A model generated the notes under the pieces. That model was not told the origin of the DNA and did not search any database. It saw only the letters and a list, made by a program, of their open reading frames with translations. The translations under genes and the position numbers were made by a program. From NCBI GenBank assembly GCA_037447605.1, contig CM074806.1:4836001-4900000 (forward strand): a stretch of DNA of 64,000 nt. Direction: 5' to 3'. Source of the stretch: Zygnema circumcarinatum SAG 698-1b (lineage: Eukaryota > Plantae > Zygnematophyceae). Below, in pieces: positions 30,806 through 42,900 of the stretch; within the stretch, counting starts at the first letter, position 1; every line of letters starts with the position of its first letter.

Positions 30806-31830
30806 GGAGAATTCTACTGCACCCCCCTATTTTGGACTTTCGAACCCCCCTTTTGAAAATTTTGCCTGCCCGTTTTGGTTACCCCCCCTGTTTTGAATAT
30901 TTCGGGAGGGAATCTTTTTCCCGCCCCTCCCGTCCCCTCCCCTCCGCTCCCCCTCCCCTCCGTTCCCTTCCCCTGCCCTGTCCTCCCCGGCCCTCCCCTC
31001 CCTCCCGCTCCCCTCCCCTCCCCTCCCTTACCCTCCCTTGCCCTGGCCTCCCTTGCCCTCCCCTCATTTTTCCACCCCCCCGTTTTCTCCTTGTCAACAT
31101 TGTGCGACAAGAGAAAAGGGGATTTGCATTGATCTCAATATGGTGAAGCCATCATATTAACATGGACGAAGTCAACATGTGAACCACAAAAAACTGGTCG
31201 CAAATGAACTAAGCACAAAATAAAAAAACTAAGAGCAAAAAACTAAACTAAACTAAGCTTCAGCGTAAAAACGCAGCCCTAAACGCAGGTGCAAAGGTCA
31301 CCGATGTGGGGCAGCTGTTACTCTTTGTTTTCAGGTTAGGATTGTAGACCCCCTAATTAAGGCAAGATCTTAAGTTGTGGCCTGGTTGCTTGCAATTGGA
31401 ACATTTTTTTCCCCTTACCGCACTCGAAATGGCTCTTGTCCCGGTTGATTGCCAAACTGCGCGCATTAGTATGTCGACCTCGTTTCTTCATAATCGGGTG
31501 GGGGTTTTGCAACTGCAATGGTTCGGCAGCCAAAAGTTCATCTACCTGAGATGCAAGGACCAACGCTACTGAAGAATCGTTTGCAAACAGCCTACTTTTT
31601 AATGCCTTGATTGTCATTGCCCGTCGTAATAACGATGATCCAACTTGAGCGGGAGGGGAGGGCAAGGGAGGACAGGGCAGGGGAAGGGAAGGGAGGGGAG
31701 GGGACGGGAGGGGCGGGAAAAAGATTCCCTCCCGAAATATTCAAAACAGGGGAGATAAGCAAAACGGGCAGGCAAAATTTTCAAAAGGGGGATGCGAAAG
31801 CCAAAATAGGGGGATGCAGTAGAATTCTCC
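30806..31830. mobile_element. Non-autonomous Mutator-like element (MULE, 1025 bp) with long TIRs
   Basis: TIR GGAGAATTCTACTGCACCCCCCTATTTTGG... matches ...CCAAAATAGGGGGATGCAGTAGAATTCTCC and extends roughly 180 bp. 9-bp TSD TAAAAATAG (30797-30805) / TAAAAATGG (31831-31839). Internal minus-strand remnant of a transposase C-terminus (KKRGR...CSNCKQPGHNLRSC zinc knuckle, frameshifted). Confidence 0.92.
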
Positions 31831-31915
31831 TAAAAATGGGTTAACAGTACGGGGATGTACGAATCGTACATTGATCGTACGACACACGTTTGTGTGACAT
31901 CAGCTTGACGTCTGA

Positions 31916-32691
31916 GCGTGGAGGTCGTGCTCCATGACAAGGTCATGACCCGAGTGACGAGCAGGTCATGACTACAGTTTACAAACCAGGGCTAGTTTGA
32001 GAACAAAAATCAAATGGAGGTTGCGCTTTGCGACCTTGTTCCTCGTCCTCTCCCTCTCCCGCTTTCGTCCTTGTTCTCTCCTTGCCACGCTATCTTTCCC
32101 TCTCTGCAATTCCGTTTGCATCTCCCACTCTCCCTCTTCCTCTCTCTCTCTCTCTCCCGTTCCCATCCTCTCCTTCTCCCACTCTCAGTCTAACCTCTCC
32201 CGTTAACTGTGATCTCCCGCTCCCCTTTCCCCCCTGTCGGTCAATGATTTTATGATTAGAGGCTATCTGTTTAAATAGCATTACATTCAAGTTCATTTCT
32301 TGCTTTTTTTTTAATTTCAGGATAGCCTAGAACTGCACACTTTTGGGCTTTGATTAGTTTTACTAAGACGTTTATAGTTTATTGAAAAGCCTCGATGGTG
32401 GGAAAAATCAACAATCGCATTCATTTCCAAACGAACACTAGAAACAAAAAGATAAGTAAACCCCAACAATTGATGGAATTTGCGGACATTGACAGGTAGT
32501 ACGACGAATAGATAGTGCGACTCACGATGTAGAGAATAAGGAGTTCTTTTTTAATGATAACATGCATGTAAACCCATAAAAACATCCAATGGTCAACAAA
32601 AGGTCGTGACCGGATCATGGGAGGTGATGGATGGGGCATGGTCATAGGTCATGACCCAAGTCATGGCTTAATTATCCATGACCTACACCCT
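31916..32691. mobile_element. Possible degenerate MITE/hAT-like relic
   Basis: Imperfect terminal inverted repeats with clustered GGTCATGACC/CCATGAC motifs at both ends and an AT- and pyrimidine-rich interior. No TSD identifiable. Confidence 0.3.
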
Positions 32692-32809
32692 CCTCCAGCA
32701 CGACACGCTTCATTTGTTCTTCTGCTATTGCAGAAGCAGAAGGGAGGCCTTGCGGCGTGTGGAGGCTTGTTGAGTGCGGAGCACAATAATGCGCAAAACA
32801 TGGATCACT

Positions 32810-34981
32810 TCATCGCATGCTCGGGACAACATCGATTTCTGATTGGCTGAAGCTGTTCCGTTCCAGCCAGCTCGCCAGCAGACCAGCGGCTCCCGACTCT
32901 GACTGCCCCTCGTGGGCGCGCCGGCACTAGACAGCGCAGCGATCCAATACCTGAAATTACATTACACGCCGCCTGCTCTGTGGGCCCAGCACAGGGGTCA
33001 GCTAAAGGCTGCATTCCTCATTAATTTTAAAACATAAAATTGGCCCTTCGCTTCACTTTGCAAGCCTCTGCCTGCGCGAGTCGTGCAGGCATTTCCAGAA
33101 GTGGACTTCCGCAGTACGACTAATTCTCTCTGCTCCAAGTCAATTGGACTCTTCCCTTTGAAACCACTCCATCTGCACGCGAATTATGGGAGGGACGGTG
33201 TCAGCATTTTCAGAAGGAACAGCAAGCACTTATCCTTATTCATAATCAGATGCATATATATCCACCACAAACGTCTCAACTCCATGTTCTTCATCCAAAG
33301 GAGCCAACTCCACTCATTCGCACGTATGCGTAGAGGACAAAATTCTTTAAGAATCAGGGCCGCCTCTTCCATCAACCACGGGGATAAAAGCAACTGATTC
33401 TTGAGGGCCGCCCAGACTTGTTCTGTAAGGTGCCTCGAGAAAGGACAACCAAATTTGCAAGCAAACAGAAGGAATTTGCAAGTCGGTAAATGAAGATGCA
33501 GACGAGTAGAGCCGTGGCCTGCGAAGTATGAAAGGTCGGAGCATGAGACCCCACCTTCCATGCATACATGGCGAAAAACGCCAAAGCATCCGCTGTCCAG
33601 ACGGCCGCAAAGGACCGCCAGACAAGAGGCAGAGTGACATTGATGAGGGGAACCACAATAAAAAGATAATTTAGGGCGTCCTTCTCTTTTGACGAGCAGT
33701 CACGGGCACGCAGAGAAGGAATGGCTGCACAGAGGAAAAGCGAGAGCGTGAGGCGAGACAGTACTACTCTAAAAAAGGCATCATCTTTCCAAAGTAGAAT
33801 AAGGAAATATAACCAGGTAGCAGCGAGACTTACTGAACATCCAGATAGACCACATGCCCATGAGGCGCCAAATATCAGGCTCGTTTGATGGAAAAACCAA
33901 GTTGTAGGAAAGAACTCCCCCCAAGGCCATTGATATGTAGGCCTGCCATTCGAACACCGAGAAAAGCAGAGACCCCGGAACTGCAGGGTTCTTTTGTCTC
34001 GTTGACGACCGTGGCGCGAAGGTGCTCGCTGTGCTGCGAACTGCCTGCAGATAAGATTGAGCGAAATGGAGCATTGGGTGAGAGCTTCTTTGCTTTTTTC
34101 CTCGTCCCACTTGAGAAGAAACTGCCGCAAGCAATTGTTTAATCATCATCAACTGCACCACAAGGTGCCTATTTTCCAACAACTTTTTTCTGAAGATTTG
34201 TCTTTGGGCTGATTGTCAGATCTTCAATGCACTCTCACTGCTCCATATTTCTTTGTCAGTTTTTCGCAAACTTTTTCCCGTCTAAATTAGAGGTAAAAGT
34301 AACGGCTACGCAAATAAATTTTCTGTAGCAAATGGCACCTAAACTCTGAAATGACCTTGCAAGAACACACCTAGGCAGCCCAAACCTTTGCTGCCACTCA
34401 TCACAGCATTCCCCTAATAGCCTCGTCTGCTAAATCATGCATAAAGTTTCCGAGTAAGCACTTGGGCCCTTCCGCATAACCTTTAAAAAGCTGAACTGTT
34501 CATTTCCATTCCTCTTATTTAAAATTCTAAAACAACTGAATGATATACGCAGATGTAATGTGTTGCAGGTGACGCCCGTCACAGAAACCTAAATTCCTCG
34601 AAAATGGTGGGCACACACCGAACTCTGAAGTCACAAAAAACGGAGAGCGCATACTTTTGAGAGCTTTCGACTGATTTCGTCGCTGTCCTCCGTTTGCACC
34701 GCCTGCTCGCCCTCCTGAAGCTGCGACGCGCTGCTTCCTGCTGCCGCCTCGTCCTCCGAAGACAGCACGGCCTCCGAGTCCCTTTTCTGAGCGCGCACGA
34801 GCACCAAGCTGGCTGCTCTGCGCTGCTCCTGTTGCCCGGCAAGAGTCCCAATCTTAATTCTGCGAAATGCGGGGAGAGAGGTACCACAACTGGGTCCCGC
34901 GGAGAGAGAGCACGCTCTCCGAACGTGCAAGGAAGAGTCCAGAGGAAGGGTCGCCATGGCCGTGGGCAGTGCGGCAGCCAT
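32810..34981 (-). CDS. RPH1: RESISTANCE TO PHYTOPHTHORA 1-like chloroplast membrane protein
   Basis: Transit peptide followed by AVRSTASTFAPRSSTRQKNPAVPGSLLFSVFEWQAY...FPSNEPDIWRLMGMWSIWMF, IPSLRARDCSSKEKDALNYLF and FFAMYAWK. The last exon (~32928-32810, containing WLER) is tentative. Confidence 0.85.
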
Positions 34982-35614
34982 GAATGCTGCTGCAGGCAGA
35001 GGACCTTGTTCCGCGCCACGTGGCGCGCTGTGGCCCTGGGCGAAAGCCGGGGCTTTAGCGGCCACTTTTTATGCCAGCACGCCGTTGAACGGAACCGTGA
35101 CGGAACTGTGAGCACAGCAAGGCGACACGGAGGCTGGGCAGCGTCAAAACGTTTTGCAGAAGATCGAGGGCTCGGAGGGAGGTGGCAGCGGAGAAGCGGC
35201 TGGCGATGGACGGCGCAGATCGGCCAGGCACGCCTACCCGCCTGCCCGCGGGCAGGGCCGCTCGGCCAATGGGAGGCGGTGGGGCCTGCGTGACGGCCAC
35301 GCAGCAACGCGGGGGATGCGGCACGTGGCCGAGGGCGGGCTGATGGCGGGTGAGGGCTGTGAGGGGGAAACATGGAGGGACAGAGAGAGACCGAGCGGGC
35401 ACTGGACTGCACTGGATTTCCATGTTATCGCTAACTTTAAAAAGACAAAATTGGAGACTCGACGGCGGCAATGTCCTACACGGCCCTCTGCCAATCTCTT
35501 CTTCTTCCCTCCGCCCGGATCGAAAACAGAACTGGTTGCGGCTCGCAACATTATTGCATGCTCTGACTCGCAGCTGCAATTGCCCGCCTGCTGCGAGCGC
35601 TCTTGCGCCCCCAC

Positions 35615-36831
35615 TCAAGGCACGTACACGTGCGTCCATTCGGGCACGGCGTGCCACTTCTGCAGCCACTCGAAGGTGGCCGGGTAAGCGCGGTGGAAGT
35701 GGGTCTGCCCCATTTGCACGGACGCGCTCGTGAGGAGCACCGCCAGAAGCATCTCCGCAATGCTGCTCCCGCCGGGCTCTCCCAGCTGCCGCCCTGCAAT
35801 GCACAGATTCCATAGATCAGGAGGAGCACTTGCAGCAACACCATGGCTAACCGTCCTTTCCAGCATGACTGGGACAGGTCTCAGCTTCAAGTTGGCATGG
35901 TGATCCATGGCACAAGCAGCACTCAAGTTTGAGCAGCATGCCTCTCATGCTTCTCACACAGTCCTTGTTTGAATTGACTGGACGATAGGTGAAATGGCGA
36001 AAGCGATGAGACACACGTAGATGAGGTACCACCACAATAGACAGGAAAGATTGAAAACGGGAGGACAAAGGTAAGACCTCTCTTATTGGCAAACACAACT
36101 CACGCCGCTAACTACATAGGCACGGTTGGACTGGCCATGCACGCATAGGAAAACCTCTCTAGCAGAAGAACATGGAACACAGGAATGGTCAAGGGATGTG
36201 TATGTATACCGCTGTGAATCCAGCGTTCGACTGTGGGCAGACACAGTGCAAGGTCCTCCTGCTGCGAACCGCTCTCCGCTCGCAGCAATGCCGGCTGCAG
36301 CACTGCTGTGGCCCAATCCAGCAGCTCGTCGCACTGCGCGCGTTCCTCTGCATGCAAACACATCGCAGGAATCACTCGCATTTGCGATCACATTTCCACA
36401 GATTGGAGTAGTCATGTGAACAAATCCAACACAGCTGCAGATCGAAAAAGCACAAAAGAAGCGTCAGGCTTCCCTACTTACTGGCTGCTGATGTGGGTGG
36501 ATAAAGTTGAGGTTTGCCAGAGGATTCGCCTAAATATCTGAGGACGGTAGCAGGGCCGGACAAAACGGCTGCCCCATCGGAAAGCACTACCGACGAGCCT
36601 TCTCCTGAAACACGCCACAAGACCTGCATGTCAGAAACTTCGTTCAGCGGTTGCGAAAGGTAATGTGGGCTCCGCATTATGAATCCCTTTAGTGAAACAA
36701 CGCATACCTGCAGCCGCAGCGACACCTTCAGGTACAACAGAATCCAACGGAAGGACGTCCACGCGAGCCTTTGCAAGCGCAAGGTAAAGTCGCAGCACTC
36801 GAGCTCCAAGGTGACCATCACGAAGGTATAG
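35615..36831 (-). CDS. GST-fold domain (four exons), apparently the C-terminal extension of LeuRS
   Basis: Exons 36831-36708, 36604-36482, 36347-36210 and 35793-35615 splice in consistent phase. Translation LYLRDGHLGARVLRLYLALAKARVDVLPL...VVLSDGAAVLSGPATVLRYLGESSGKPQLYP...KERAQCDELLDWA...SIAEMLL...YPATFEWLQKWHAVPEW follows the GST N- and C-domain pattern. No convincing start codon or promoter space of its own. Confidence 0.8.
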
Positions 36832-36966
36832 CTGCCACCGGAAACAAGGACAAGGGGGTGTTCTCACATGAACCACACTCTATCGGACTGTTCTGCAGTC
36901 TAGAATCACCCTTCATTATGTCTGCGCTGCGCAGGGCTTACTTGTGAAAGTAAGTGATGAGCTGAC

Positions 36967-39900
36967 CTTGGAGCTTGTTCCCACGGGCGCAGCCAGAAAG
37001 ACAGCAATAGGACTTCCTGCAGGCCCTCACTCCCTTTGAACCCACTTTAGCGTTCATGCAGCGGCCCCCTAACTAGCCAAGCTCGACAAAATCCAAGTTT
37101 GGGTTTTCCGTAGTTCGTGGCAGAACGAACACTCAAAACACTGTAAACAAAGTTCCGCAAGGGAGCCAGTCAGCTGTAACAAGTAATCATCTCGTTTCTC
37201 TAAACGAATGAAGCGTACAACCCTAAAAACCCGGCCCTTAGGAGGTTCAACTCACCCGGAGCTGCCGTCGGAATCTTTGAGCTCTCAGGGCCAGCAAGGG
37301 CCACTGCTTCCTTGTCGGACGCGGAAAATATCTTCACCTCCTCCAACCCTAATTGTCGCTGCCAATATGGTCAAAAGTATCATGTGAGCTGCTTGAAATT
37401 GCACACAATTTAACAGGAGTGGTCGATAGTAGCTGGAAAAACTGTTTTAAAGAGGGCAGGATACGTGCATCTGACCTGAATAAGGTCCTTGTTCTCCTGA
37501 AGAACAGCAATCTCATCGAAAGGAAGCTTCAGCTCTAACGCCTGCGGCACGCACAACAAGCGATGACATGAGATTCAATTGCCCGACCACAAGTCCGGGT
37601 CAGTTGCAAATTCCGGTCAGTTGGTCAGTCAAGCAAGGGATCAGCTTGCTCAACATGGAACTCGCAGCTCAAAGCCTAGTCGCCGAAAACTATAAAGTGG
37701 GCGTATCTTTGACTCATAAACTGCCGTAAAAAAAGGCGATTTTTAGAAACGACTCTCCTTCCAACCAACAGTGACATGCTAACAGCAGACATCAACAGCG
37801 TGTTACTCACATGGGCACCATTGTTCAGGGCTTCGTCCTTCTTGAACTTCATGAAACCCATAGCGAGGCCCACAATCTTCTTTCCTTCACCCATCTGCGC
37901 CATGCCAAAGCCAGCATCACCTATTGTTATTCTCTCTTTTTTTTTTAATTTAAACACTCCTACGAGCCTTTCTGCTTCTTTTGAAACCAGGACCAAGTGA
38001 CTTCCAGGGGAATATGGAGTCAACGAAAGATTGAGAAGATCATACAGAATTATTGTCAGGCCCATACAGCAGACGTTCAACGTCTTTCCTGAATTATCCA
38101 CAGACCCTACCTTCATAAGAGGACTGGTTTTGATGGCTGCCATCAACTCAGAATCTGGAGAAAACGTTTTGGAGGAAGGGTCATAATGAGCCTGCAGGAT
38201 CTTCAGGCACTCTTCCTGCACCACCCAACGTGCCTACAACCTCAGCCGGATATCATCTCTCGCTGGCAGCAAGCCTTTCAAGTGCAAGCATTCGAGCAGA
38301 TGCAGATTTTGAAGCAGCTACCAATCACGCACCTGCCAGCCGCCATACTTTTCAGCGACATAAACAAGGGCCACAGTGAATTTTGACGCTGTTGCCGCGG
38401 GGATGGCATTAGAGCTCTTGCCTCCTCCCTTCTTCGCAGGGGTTTGTTGTTTACTCATGAGTTTTCGAAAGTCAGTAATGACATCCTGCAACCACGACAG
38501 CAGCCCAACTAAGAAGCAGACTTTCCCACTAGCTTTCAAAACCATTTGACCTGAGCATAAAAATCGCTCACACGTTGCACTAGAGAAGGAATTCTGATAT
38601 TCTCTCGTTTCAAACGGAAAGGCCGACATCCTTGACAGTTGATATTAGGCATCTTAGGGAATACCTGCAAATACGAGTTTGCGTTCTTGAATGTGTAGTC
38701 AGGGGCAGCTCCTACTGGCCACCCCGCAGTGATGGCAAAGCCGCTCTTGCGGAGGATTGTGCCCCATACATGCTCCGCATAGTGAGGGCAAATCTACACA
38801 GCCGCAAGCGAAAGCCTCGGAGCCAAATAAACCCCTCGTATTTTATTTTTTCGCTACCCACATGGAGTCTCAAGAAACACCCTGACACCGCGGGGCTCTG
38901 AAGGCAGCAGCATGGGAAGAGAAGCAGAGAGCAAACTTACAGGCGTGAGCAAACGAGTCTGAACGTCCATGAAGCGAATGGCCAAATCTCGATGCATGCC
39001 CATAACTCCACAGGACAGCTTATACTCGTCCTTTGCCAGCTGTTACAAGCGAGCCAAACAAGGGACAGGGCTCAGACGTCACCAAAAAGGCAAAGGAGAA
39101 GAAAGTCAGTGGGCACAATTTTCGCAGATTTCTCACCTGCAAGTCAAAGAATCCGGTTTTGAGAGCCTCTCTGAAGAGCATGTCTTTGTACGCTTTCTCT
39201 GTAACACTAATGGCAATGTTGATCTCGTTTTCAAAGACCCTGTCTGCGAAGGATCGCTCTGAACCATTGCGTAGACTATCAATGGCATCCATCGTCTCCT
39301 CCATCCACGCCAATTCCCTGTCATACAAGGTGCGAATATCAGGTAATGCGCACAAATACTAACTGAATGTTAAGACAAGTTGAAGAGTAGACTTCCATGA
39401 AGGATGCCAGCTTAGTGATCCAAAAATACGACAGGAAGAATGAAATCTGAGATCAATGCCTTACATGCAGAATAAGTCACTCACACGCGACAAGCACTGG
39501 CTTACTTTGTGAGCTTGAGAATGGCTGCATTAGCGGTATCCATAACAAAATTTGCATCGTCGACTGTGTCGCCCGCATCTGCCAGAGCGAAGCGTGCAGC
39601 GTCGGCTGAAAATTCCTCTGCCAAGGCAAAATAAAACCCACCAACACCTCGACATCAAGGCCTACAACCAATTATTTCAAAAACAAGAAGTTCGAAGAAA
39701 AGGGAAGAAGAGAAAATATGAATCTGAAGGCATCGTGGTAATGTCATGTAGTTCCAACGCAATCCATCCGACTTGATCTCACCTATCGCCTGTCGAACAG
39801 TCTTGAAGTTCCCGGTAGACTTTGACATCTTCTCGGAGTTGAGGAGCAGATGGCCATTCGTTCGAAATCCTCTCGGCCACTTCTCCTGCAGCCACACACG

Positions 39901-42900
39901 AGAGACTTGTCAACACGAGGACGACACCGTGCAGAGGCTTAAACTCTCCTTAAATGGCCAAAGCAGAATGCGATTGTCAATTGATGCACGCGAGTTGCAC
40001 ATGAACGTCATCGAAATGGAAAAGGAAGTTGCCTCTGGAAACAAAGCGGTGTGGTTGTAGATGGAGAAGGTAAGATGGTTGTTGATCAGGTCCTTCCCCG
40101 AAACTCGCAAGTCAAATGGGTACCAATAATCGAAGCTGCCCTTCAACTCCTGTTCGGGATTCATGACATTCCAGCAGGCATTAAGTAGCACAAAAATCGC
40201 GAGAGCTGAAAAGCTTAGCGAGCTTTAATCTTTTACAGGCCTGCAAGGTGCTCAAGTGAACCAAAAAATTGTCACACTTACGTGCGCAGACTATCATGCA
40301 AAAAGTAAAAGGCAGTCTGTCATGGGCACCCTCACCTCCAGAACGGCCTTTGGAATATTCGTCTGAGGCATAGGCTTGTCCAAAAACAAATAGTCCCAAA
40401 CCTCTGGTGTCATATGCTCCGGTTTTATTGGACCATCCTTCTTCCCTGTCAGATCCCCTCCCTGTCAAGCCCAAACTAGCTTCAGTTATGGAAAATTAGG
40501 CGGCAAATCCTGAGAGGGCGTATGCCAGAAATTAGGACGAGATGCTCCGGCAAATGAGAGGGAGAAACGAAGCAGGAAAGCAGGAGCAGGGTCGACAAGT
40601 AGATGCAGACATTTTTACAAGGGAGACATAGAATGCCAACCTGCAAGACATGGGCCACAGTGTAGTAGGCCATATAAATAGTTGAGTCTGATAATGACTC
40701 GATGAGATATTGCGGGTCCCACGGGATGCGTGTTCCGAGTCCGAAGGAGCGTGAACAGGCCCACTGACCCTCCCAGGATGAAAATCAGCCATCAACTCTT
40801 TCTGCTAGCTATCTAATGGCTGTGTCTGCAGAAAAGTCAGAGCTACTCGAAAACGATTGCATCCATAATGCCTTTTTGGGCTGCCTTCTGAGTACGAGCC
40901 TATTCTGCATACCCTGGGCTATGGAAACCATAACAAGTGCATTGATTGGCAAAACATGAAGTACAACATCTTGGGTAGAGACGCGGCAATACCCTGTCCA
41001 ACCATCCGAGAGTGTGCTCAAACCCATGCCGAGTTTCATCACTGAACAGTTCCATATTCTCCAAGCACTGCACCGATTTGGCCTTCCACTCATCTTCTCC
41101 ATACGTCAGATACCTGTCGCCACCCGAATGTTCCTATGTCGGCAAGTGACCGGCTTCCACAATAACAAATAAGCACACAGTTCAAGCAAAGAAGGCTAAA
41201 TGCATTTCCTTGCCACTGAAAGGCTATGTCCACCGGCCTGCAGGGGGGCGTACCATTGGTCAGTGAGAGCAACGATGCACTCATCTCCAGAGCGAGACAT
41301 GACTTTTTTTTCCGGCTCGCTGTATTGCACAGCTTGGCCGCGTTCCAGCAGCAACTGGTCCACCCCATGCCGGAAACATAGGAGTACAGTTTAAAAGCAT
41401 GTAAGACCGGAAGGGGAAGGGAACAAAAGTGCAAAGTCTACAGGAATGGCCAGCCGGATGGTTTAAAAATGCATGACCTTATGGCAAAAAAAACCCACGA
41501 GAGCACCCATACAGCGTTTATAGGCTAGCATCATTCCCAAAAAATGAATCACTATTCCCACGAGCCCTTGCCCTTGACTAGCTTTGAGCCATCGTCCTTC
41601 ACACGTGTATAAGCCGAACATGAACTGCCCACCCCATCTGACGACTTGGCCAAACAATGAAACAAATCACCCTCACATGCCAACGCCCAGGCAAACGAGC
41701 TGGCCTCGTAAAGTGAACTGCAAGATCTCACCTTTTTAATGACAGGTTTGGCATCTTGCACCTTCTGACCCTTGTAACCCTCCACCAGCATCACTCCATC
41801 TGTGAAGCCCTTGAGATAGGTCAACCTCTTCGCTTCTGCCAGCTTCTCCTTGTCATTTTGGCTCTTGATGCCCAGGTCTTGGCAGACCTTCTCAGCGGCG
41901 ACATCCCCAAAGCCCGGAATATTGATGATCGGAATAACCTCGAAAGGCAGGACCCACTCATCTTTCACACCAAACTTCTCGCGCAGAGCTGCAACAGAAA
42001 TAAGGGGTGCAGGAAAAGCTTCAGTGGTGAATAAAGTTTAGGCCTTATCTCAATGCCGTATTTCAACCATTCATACACTGCTCTCCAGAAAGGCCACCCA
42101 AAGAGGCAAGATGGGGCACTTACCGGGTTTTTTCTTCAAGTCCTGCAGAGCCATATAATCGTCTGGAGAGTCGCTGGGCACACTTGTGACCACACCAGTT
42201 CCTGCAGCCCCGCGAAGGTGGCCTCAGTTCCGTGCAGAAGGGGGGCAATCGCCAAAGCAATAGGGCCTACAGCTCGAGGAAAGCTCACCTTTGTCTGTCA
42301 AAATGGTGAGCATTGGGAGGGCGTATATGACAGGATGAGATGTGAGAGGTGACTTCAGGGGTAAACCAATGAGATCGTGCCCCGTGAGATCCAAGAGTTT
42401 TTCTGGTTTTCCCCATTCCTGCAGATCAAAGTAAGCACGCATCCGAGTGGTACCCGTCAATGACGGTATCAGTGTTTTAATTGATTAGATGTTAGAAATA
42501 CCCAAATAATGCAATACAGTAAAGGTCTTTTGAGCTATAAGTTCGTGCTAGTTGCACACTTTTCTTTTCTGCACAGCAGTTTTGCCCACACCTTGACTAC
42601 CAAGGCCTAAGCACTACACTTGTGGACTACAAAGGCCTCCATTACAGCAATGGCCGAACCCCTCTCATGTAGAACCTTTGTATCGCCTTCAAAACAAACG
42701 AAATGGCCCTAACTTTGGCACTGGTCTAACATTACGCAGAATTTGCCCACCTTTGCCAGAGTTTGAAAGGACATGTTGAGAGCAGCCCGGGCAGTGACAA
42801 TAAAGACATCGGCTTCATTCACAGCAAAGGCTCCATATACGCCGTCCGGTAGCACCCAAGCATTCGTCTGGCCAGCCATGGTTTCTGGTCGCAGCGTAGC

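Noticed and set aside
36631-36876. Independent GST gene starting in the ORF at 36876
   Set aside because: That ORF starts at GTG with no in-frame ATG before the KLY-like strand, and it lies under 100 bp from the LeuRS exon, leaving no promoter space. Fusion by splicing is more parsimonious but not proven.
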